Shown here piece by piece: positions 59,158-64,000 of a DNA stretch of 64,000 nt; within the stretch, counting starts at the first letter, position 1, and the number at the start of each line of letters is the position of its first letter. The notes beneath the pieces were generated by a model, which was given only the letters and a program-made list of their open reading frames with translations, was not told the origin of the DNA and did not search any database. Location: positions 92 to 64,091 of the forward strand of contig JACQAA010000054.1 in assembly GCA_016195185.1 (NCBI GenBank). Reading direction: 5' to 3'. This DNA comes from Pseudomonadota bacterium. GTDB lineage: Bacteria > Pseudomonadota > Alphaproteobacteria > Micavibrionales > UBA2020. The position numbers and the translations under genes are program-made.

Positions 59158-60852
59158 TCAATGGTTCAACGCTTTATGCACCGTGTAGACATCTCCTCCT
59201 GGCAAGTTCGCCGGGATTTTCAAGGCATCCATGATCTCCGTGCGCATGGCGGCACTGGTGCCGATCCCGTCGGAAAAGACCGCGGTGGCCCAGGAGCGCA
59301 GGTCTTCAATGTCATCCATGCGGTGCACGCGGGCGATCACGGGCAGCCGGGGATATTCGCTGCGCACCTTGTGCAGCAACTTGAGAGTGTGCACGTAATT
59401 GTCAAAGGTGATGACCAGGGCCCGCGCCCGCTCTATCTGCGCTGATTTGAGGGTTTTCAGGCTGGTGGCGTCGCCATAGAGCGCCTGACACCCCAGCGCC
59501 AGCGCCTTTTCCACCTGGGCCGGATCCGTGTCAATCGCCAGCAAAGGAATATGCGTTCCTTTCAGCATGTTCCGGATATTCTTCCCTGTTTCGCCGAAGC
59601 CGCAGAGAATGATATGGTGGCTGATGTGGCGCAGCGCTTCATCCTCCGAGGAATCCTCCTCCGGCCCCCGCTTCAGTTTGAGCAGCGACAGCACGAAAAA
59701 GGCCACCGGCTTGTTATAGAGGATAAATAGGGTGGAAACCATCAAACTCAAGACAAAAGCGATCAGCAGGATGTTGCCAAAGGCAGGGTCAATGATGCCC
59801 AGTTTCACTCCCAGCACGACCAGGATCAGGCTGAACTCATCACAGTTGGACAGCACCAGCCCCACGCGCAGGCCGTTGCCAAAACTGCGGCTGTACACGG
59901 AAACAATCAGCGTCGTCAGAGCCAGTTTGACCGCAAAGATGGCCGCCACCAGCAGCAGGATCAGCGGGAAATGCGCCGCCAGCACCGACAGCTTGAGCAG
60001 CGTGCCCATGACAATAAAGAATATGCCGATCATGATGTCATGAAAGGGGCGCAGATCATCCTCGACCTTGTGCCGGAATTCCGTTTCGCCAATGATCATG
60101 CCGGCCAAAAAAACGCCCAGCAGGGTGGGGAGCTGGAAAAGACTCGAAGCCCAGGCCGCGCCGATGATGGTCAGCAACGTCGTGAACACAAAAATTTCGT
60201 TGGATTTGAGCGCGCCGATGGAGCGCATCAGGGATAATTCAACCTTTTTGCCAAAAAAATAAATGCCGAACAGCACCAGGAGCAAGGCGCCGATGTTCAC
60301 CGCCAGATCATGCAGCATCGCCCGCGAGTTGTCCGCGTGCGCCAGCGCCGGCAGGCTGGCCAGAAAAAGGACGGCGGCAAAATCCTGAAACAGGGTGATG
60401 CCAAAGGCGATTCGGCCGTGACTTTCATAAAATTCCTTCTGATCTATCAGCTGCTTGCTGACGACCGCCGTCGACGACATGGAGACCGCGCCGCCGATTA
60501 AAAACGCCGCCGCCGCGCTGAAATGGCCGGTGGCGGACAACAGCCACATCGTCAGCGCGGTGATGGCCGCAGTGCAGGCGGCGCCGACACGCACCACCAT
60601 CCTGAGGTTGCGCTTGAGCTTGGGCCAGGAAAAATCAAGCCCGATCATGAACATCATCAGCATGATGCCGACGTCCGAGAGAATCCCGACTTCCCTCTGC
60701 GTATGCAGCAACCCCAGGGCTTCCGGGCCGATGATCATGCCCACCACCAGATAGCCCAGCACCGAGGGCAGCCCCAGCCTGGCCAGCAAAGCCAGCACGC
60801 CCGTCACAATCGCCAAAACGGTCGTCAGCTGATTGAGAAAATCAGAATCCAT
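59158..60852 (-). CDS. CPA2-family monovalent cation:proton antiporter with C-terminal RCK/TrkA-N domain (KefB/C-like)
   Basis: About 12 transmembrane segments begin LGLPSVLGYLVVGMIIGPE. The C-terminal Rossmann motif is HIILCGFGETGKNI. Confidence 0.85.
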   Translation of the reverse strand: MDSDFLNQLTTVLAIVTGVLALLARLGLPSVLGYLVVGMIIGPEALGLLHTQREVGILSDVGIMLMMFMIGLDFSWPKLKRNLRMVVRVGAACTAAITALTMWLLSATGHFSAAAAFLIGGAVSMSSTAVVSKQLIDQKEFYESHGRIAFGITLFQDFAAVLFLASLPALAHADNSRAMLHDLAVNIGALLLVLFGIYFFGKKVELSLMRSIGALKSNEIFVFTTLLTIIGAAWASSLFQLPTLLGVFLAGMIIGETEFRHKVEDDLRPFHDIMIGIFFIVMGTLLKLSVLAAHFPLILLLVAAIFAVKLALTTLIVSVYSRSFGNGLRVGLVLSNCDEFSLILVVLGVKLGIIDPAFGNILLIAFVLSLMVSTLFILYNKPVAFFVLSLLKLKRGPEEDSSEDEALRHISHHIILCGFGETGKNIRNMLKGTHIPLLAIDTDPAQVEKALALGCQALYGDATSLKTLKSAQIERARALVITFDNYVHTLKLLHKVRSEYPRLPVIARVHRMDDIEDLRSWATAVFSDGIGTSAAMRTEIMDALKIPANLPGGDVYTVHKALNH

Positions 60853-61079
60853 GTTTTTTCCTGTGGGCTGTTATCTCTTCATTCTAGCAGGAAAGTGTTT
60901 ACAGACGCTTCTTTTAGTTAAAACTTTATTTACTTCTACCCAAAGGGGTAGCCGCATCATAAGCAAGAGTTAAACATCCCGGCCTTACACTGGGAGATAT
61001 ATAGGGTGCACGGCATTACCTCCAAAGGATGATTGATTCAGGACCTGCCAGAAACTAACTCGGTGGAAAGGGGATTACC

Positions 61080-61538
61080 ATGACCATTACATTTTGCGTA
61101 AAAACAGTCAAAGACCTGATGACGCATAGCCCGGAAATGATCAGCCCCGGCGCCACTCTGCAGCAGGCGGCCCAAAAAATGGAGGCCATCAACTGCGGCG
61201 CGCTGCCGGTGGGCACCGCCAACAAGTTAAAGGGAATCATCACTGACCGCGACATCGTCATCCGCGCCCTGGCCAAAGGCAGGAACCCGGCGACCGAGAA
61301 GGTCGCCAACTATATGACCGATCGCGTCTACGCCTGCACGGAGAACGATACGCTGGAGGAAGCGGCCGAAAAAATGCACCGGATGCAGGTCAGCCGCCTG
61401 GTTGTCCGGGACAAGGAGGGCAAGGTCAGCGGCATTCTGTCGTTTGGCGAATCACTCCGCCATGACGCGGACCCCCGGGAGATCGCCGGCGTCATCAAGC
61501 ATTGCTGCGGCCCGGTCGTCGTTTACAAGGAGGCATAA
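61080..61538 (+). CDS. CBS-domain pair protein
   Basis: Two CBS motifs are present: VKDLMTHSPEMISPGATLQQAAQKMEAINCGALPV and the later RMQVSRLVVRDKEGKVSGILS. Confidence 0.8.
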   Translation: MTITFCVKTVKDLMTHSPEMISPGATLQQAAQKMEAINCGALPVGTANKLKGIITDRDIVIRALAKGRNPATEKVANYMTDRVYACTENDTLEEAAEKMHRMQVSRLVVRDKEGKVSGILSFGESLRHDADPREIAGVIKHCCGPVVVYKEA

Positions 61539-61895
61539 ATGGGACAAATGAATATCCGGACGAGACCGTTTGAAGCGCTGCCGTGCCTCGAACAGCTGCA
61601 TCTGTTCCGGACGGAACATGACGGCTTTATCCGCGACAACCGCGACCTGGCCAGCGACCTGGACCGGCTGGAATATACGCTGAAGGAGGCCGATCTGATC
61701 AGGTCGGCGGAAAACCAGCGCCGCTGCCAGAACGCTTACCGTCAGGCTTTGTTGCGGCTGGAGGAGATCGCCGAAGACCAGCAGCGGCTTTGCGATGAAA
61801 GCCCGCTGGTGCCAAAAATTGACGCCGTTTATCAGAGCACAAAGGTTTTTGAAGTGAAAAAGGATTTTGAAACCAGCCTTGCAGGCTTGCTGTAA
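61539..61895 (+). CDS. hypothetical protein (118 aa)
   Basis: The ORF starts directly after the CBS gene's stop (TAAATG). I recognise no family. Confidence 0.4.
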   Translation: MGQMNIRTRPFEALPCLEQLHLFRTEHDGFIRDNRDLASDLDRLEYTLKEADLIRSAENQRRCQNAYRQALLRLEEIAEDQQRLCDESPLVPKIDAVYQSTKVFEVKKDFETSLAGLL

Positions 61896-61937
61896 AAATT
61901 ACTATTTTTGATACTATCTTGTTTAATGGGAGGCGCC

Positions 61938-62087
61938 ATGCTGAGGATTTTGCCGATTGAAGACAGTGACACACACATCGTAGAAAAAGATGGGGGTACT
62001 TGGGTACTTGGGTACTTGGGTACTTGGGTACTTGGGTGCTTGGGTGCTTGGGTGCTTGGGTGCTTGGGTGCTTGGGTGCCTGAATAG
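61938..62087 (+). pseudogene. duplicated 5' fragment of the response-regulator gene running into an octanucleotide repeat (49-codon ORF)
   Basis: A GGGAGG Shine-Dalgarno and an ATG at 61938 give MLRILPIEDSDTHIVEKDG, then repeat-encoded GTWVLGYLGTWVLGCLGAWVLGCLGAWVPE*. The first 12 codons are nearly identical in DNA to the start of 62266..62760. Confidence 0.6.
61994..62080 (+). repeat. octanucleotide tandem repeat: 5 x GGGTACTT, then 5 x GGGTGCTT, then a partial unit
   Basis: I counted the units directly in the sequence. They start at 61994, 62002, 62010, 62018 and 62026 (TAC type) and at 62034, 62042, 62050, 62058 and 62066 (TGC type). A partial unit occupies 62074-62080. Confidence 0.95.
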
Positions 62088-62265
62088 TACCTTGAGAAGA
62101 AATTTGGTGATGGCAAAGATAATTTAGGGGGTATCGTATCCGCTCTGGAGTTTTTAAAAGAAAAGGCGGCACATTCCAAGTTAGATGATGTGGAAATGAT
62201 CATAGACAGTACTTTCAGGCTCTGTCTGTCGATTTACTGTCTCAGTTCAAGGGGGGAGTACATAG

Positions 62266-62760
62266 GTGTTGAGGATTTTACTGATTGAAGACAGTGACAG
62301 TGATGCCTATATCATCCAAAAGGCCATCCATGACCATGTCAAGGATGCCGTGTGCTCTCGCGTCGCTAACGCAAAGGCCGGCGAAGAATACCTGCAAAAG
62401 CGGCGTGCCGACATAATTCTGCTGGACCTGGGCTTGCCCGACAGCTCCAACCCCGCCGACACGTACACCCGCATTTGCCGGCACGCCGGGAAAATCCCGA
62501 TCGTGATTTCCACCAATATTCATGACCATGCTCTCGCCATGACCCTGGTGCATGAGGGCGCTGAGGATTATCTGAATAAAGACCTGATTGTCGACAAGCC
62601 GGAGCACGTCAGGGATGCCATTACCTTCGCGATTGAGCGCCATGCCCTGCTGCAAAAGGCCATGAGCGAGAAAGAGGAGGCCGTCAAGGAATCCGAGCAG
62701 AAGGACACCGTGCTCAATTGCTTCATGGGGGGCTATTCCGTATCGAATCGGAAAAAGTAA
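62266..62760 (+). CDS. single-domain response regulator (CheY-like receiver)
   Basis: RILLIEDSDSDAYII carries the acidic pocket, IILLDLGLPD the phospho-acceptor Asp, and IVISTN is also present. The start is a GTG with a GGGGGGAG Shine-Dalgarno. Confidence 0.85.
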   Translation: MLRILLIEDSDSDAYIIQKAIHDHVKDAVCSRVANAKAGEEYLQKRRADIILLDLGLPDSSNPADTYTRICRHAGKIPIVISTNIHDHALAMTLVHEGAEDYLNKDLIVDKPEHVRDAITFAIERHALLQKAMSEKEEAVKESEQKDTVLNCFMGGYSVSNRKK

Positions 62761-62766
62761 GCGCCC

Positions 62767-64000
62767 CTATGCCGCGCCCGCCGGCGGCGGGATGGTGAAG
62801 AAGAAAGTGGTGCCCTGCCCTTCTCCCGCCGATTCCGCCCACATCTCGCCACCGTGCTGCTTGATGATTTTCCTGGCGATGGTCAGTCCCGACCCGGTGC
62901 CGCCGCCATAAGCGTTCTTGGGATGCAGGCGGCGGAAGATCTTGAACACCTCTTCGATATACTCCTGGCGGATGCCGATGCCGTGATCGCGGACGTAGTA
63001 CACTTTTTCACCCGGGAAACGCCGGTGGTTTTCAACATAACCAACCTCGATCCGGTTGCCGTCCTTATTATTATACTTGATGGCGTTGCCGATCAGGTTC
63101 TGAAAGACCTCCGTGATCCTGACATGGTCGCAAACGATGGTCGGCAGCTGACGGGTAATGACAACCTCGGTGTTCTTCTCCCTGAGGCCGATCGAGAACA
63201 GGGCGATGATGCCCTGCACGACGGCGGTCAGATCGGTTTGGCGCACCGCCAAAGCGGTGCGGCCGAGGCGCGAATAATGCAGGAGGGCGTTCAGGCAGTC
63301 TTCCAGCCTTTTGGTCAGGTCGGAAATGGTCAGTAATTTTTCCTTGCCGTCAGCGCCCAGCTTGTCCGCATAGTCCTCCAGCAAAAACTTGGAGAAGTTC
63401 TGCAGCCCGCGCAGCGGCTCCTTCAGGTCGTGCGAAGCGATATAGGCGAAGTCATCCAGCTCGCGGTTGCTGATTTCGAGCTCCCGGAGATACGTCTCGC
63501 GCTCTTCCTCGGCTTTTTTGCGCGCCGTAATGTCGCGGATAATCCCGGAAAAATAGCGCTCATTCCCCACCTGAAAGGTGCTGATCGAAAGGTCGATGGG
63601 AAAGACGCTGCCGTCCTTGCGCTTGGCGGTCAGCTCGCGCCCGGGCGTGCCGATGATCTTGGCCTGCCCCGTCTCCAGATAGCGGGAAATATAGTGGTCG
63701 TGATTGCTATGATAAGGCTCCGGCATCAGCCGGTTGATATTCTGTCCCGCCACCTCTTTTTCCTGGTAGCCGAACATACGCTCGCAGGCGCGATTAAAGC
63801 TCTCAACGATCCCGCGGTCGTTAATGATGATCATGCCGTCAACGGTATTGTCAACCACGGCGCGCAGCTTGCTTTCCTGCTTGGCCAGCGCGCGTGTTGC
63901 CGTGGACAACTGCCTGGTTTTCTCCCGTACCTGCGCGTTCACCAGCAAAGACTGGCGTGTCTGCTGAAACGACAAAATACTGACCAGCCCCGTGAGCAAC
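62767..64000 (-). CDS. PAS-domain sensor histidine kinase (5' end beyond the window), paralogue of the 55366..58125 C-terminal module
   Basis: The H-box is SHDLKEPLRGLQNFSKFLLEDYADKL. NLIGNAIKY, DHGIGI and GGTGSGLTIA follow, with a PAS domain upstream. The ORF is open to the window edge. Confidence 0.85.
   Translation of the reverse strand, partial: LLTGLVSILSFQQTRQSLLVNAQVREKTRQLSTATRALAKQESKLRAVVDNTVDGMIIINDRGIVESFNRACERMFGYQEKEVAGQNINRLMPEPYHSNHDHYISRYLETGQAKIIGTPGRELTAKRKDGSVFPIDLSISTFQVGNERYFSGIIRDITARKKAEEERETYLRELEISNRELDDFAYIASHDLKEPLRGLQNFSKFLLEDYADKLGADGKEKLLTISDLTKRLEDCLNALLHYSRLGRTALAVRQTDLTAVVQGIIALFSIGLREKNTEVVITRQLPTIVCDHVRITEVFQNLIGNAIKYNNKDGNRIEVGYVENHRRFPGEKVYYVRDHGIGIRQEYIEEVFKIFRRLHPKNAYGGGTGSGLTIARKIIKQHGGEMWAESAGEGQGTTFFFTIPPPAGAA

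Noticed and set aside
61994-62080. Possible CRISPR array or telomere-like repeat
   Set aside because: The units are 8 bp long and directly abutting with no spacers, and there are no cas genes. This is a microsatellite-type tandem repeat.
62126-62134. AGGGGGTAT near the octamer array as a further copy of the island TGGGGGTAT motif
   Set aside because: It differs at the first base and lies 9 kb outside the island. A 7-8-mer core is expected several times by chance in 64 kb.
61699-62203. Two minus-strand ORFs (157 aa and 123 aa) encoding PKHPSTQAPKHPSTQVPKYPSTQVPKY-type repeats
   Set aside because: The repetitive peptide is only the reverse-complement reading of the octanucleotide array. These ORFs overlap the 3' end of the plus-strand gene 61539-61895 and have no ribosome-binding site or recognisable domain.

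Overview
This 64-kb chromosomal segment is gene-dense and moderately GC-rich. From gene content and order (DUF484-xerC, dapD-dapE, ftsK-lolA, ffs-dnaX-ybaB) I infer an alphaproteobacterium. Three ankyrin-repeat genes suggest a host-associated lifestyle. Both points are inference, because no database search was possible. The window holds about 60 protein genes, two tRNAs (Thr-CGU, Tyr-GUA) and a small SRP RNA that I recognised by eye. From left to right the content is as follows. (1) A fatty-acid beta-oxidation cluster: partial fadD, an orphan hydrolase, an SCPx-type thiolase, an AMACR-like CoA transferase, fadA, and a FadN-type dehydrogenase/hydratase. (2) An amino-sugar-like trio of a PIG-L deacetylase and two SIS proteins. 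(3) A long housekeeping stretch: mgtE, mltB, rlmN, kdsB, pheA, ftsK, lolA, recR, dapD, dapE, ppx, priA, tal, xerC, xthA, ybaB, dnaX. (4) A roughly 9.6-kb P4/CP4-57-type integrative element at tRNA-Tyr. It carries an integrase, a 5'-truncated Type ISP restriction-modification gene, AlpA, PrimPol, a frameshifted DUF3987 gene, and TGGGGGTAT motifs at both ends. (5) A stress/signalling block: hsp20, an ankyrin gene, a MASE1-PAS histidine kinase, a 2-hydroxyacid dehydrogenase, a CPA2 antiporter, a CBS protein, a receiver protein and a second paralogous kinase. The most unusual items are listed here. First, a duplicated response-regulator 5' end is fused to a 5+5 octanucleotide tandem array. Second, an ankyrin / Pol-beta nucleotidyltransferase / DUF1566-like fusion protein is translationally coupled to rlmN. 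Third, an orphan protein combines an LPD7-like domain, a proline-rich linker and a DHH/DHHA1 domain. Fourth, the tRNA-Tyr element is decaying. Fifth, otherwise ordinary enzymes carry recurrent Lys/Pro-rich C-terminal tails. All family calls rest on motifs read from the translations, and none was confirmed by BLAST or HMM search.
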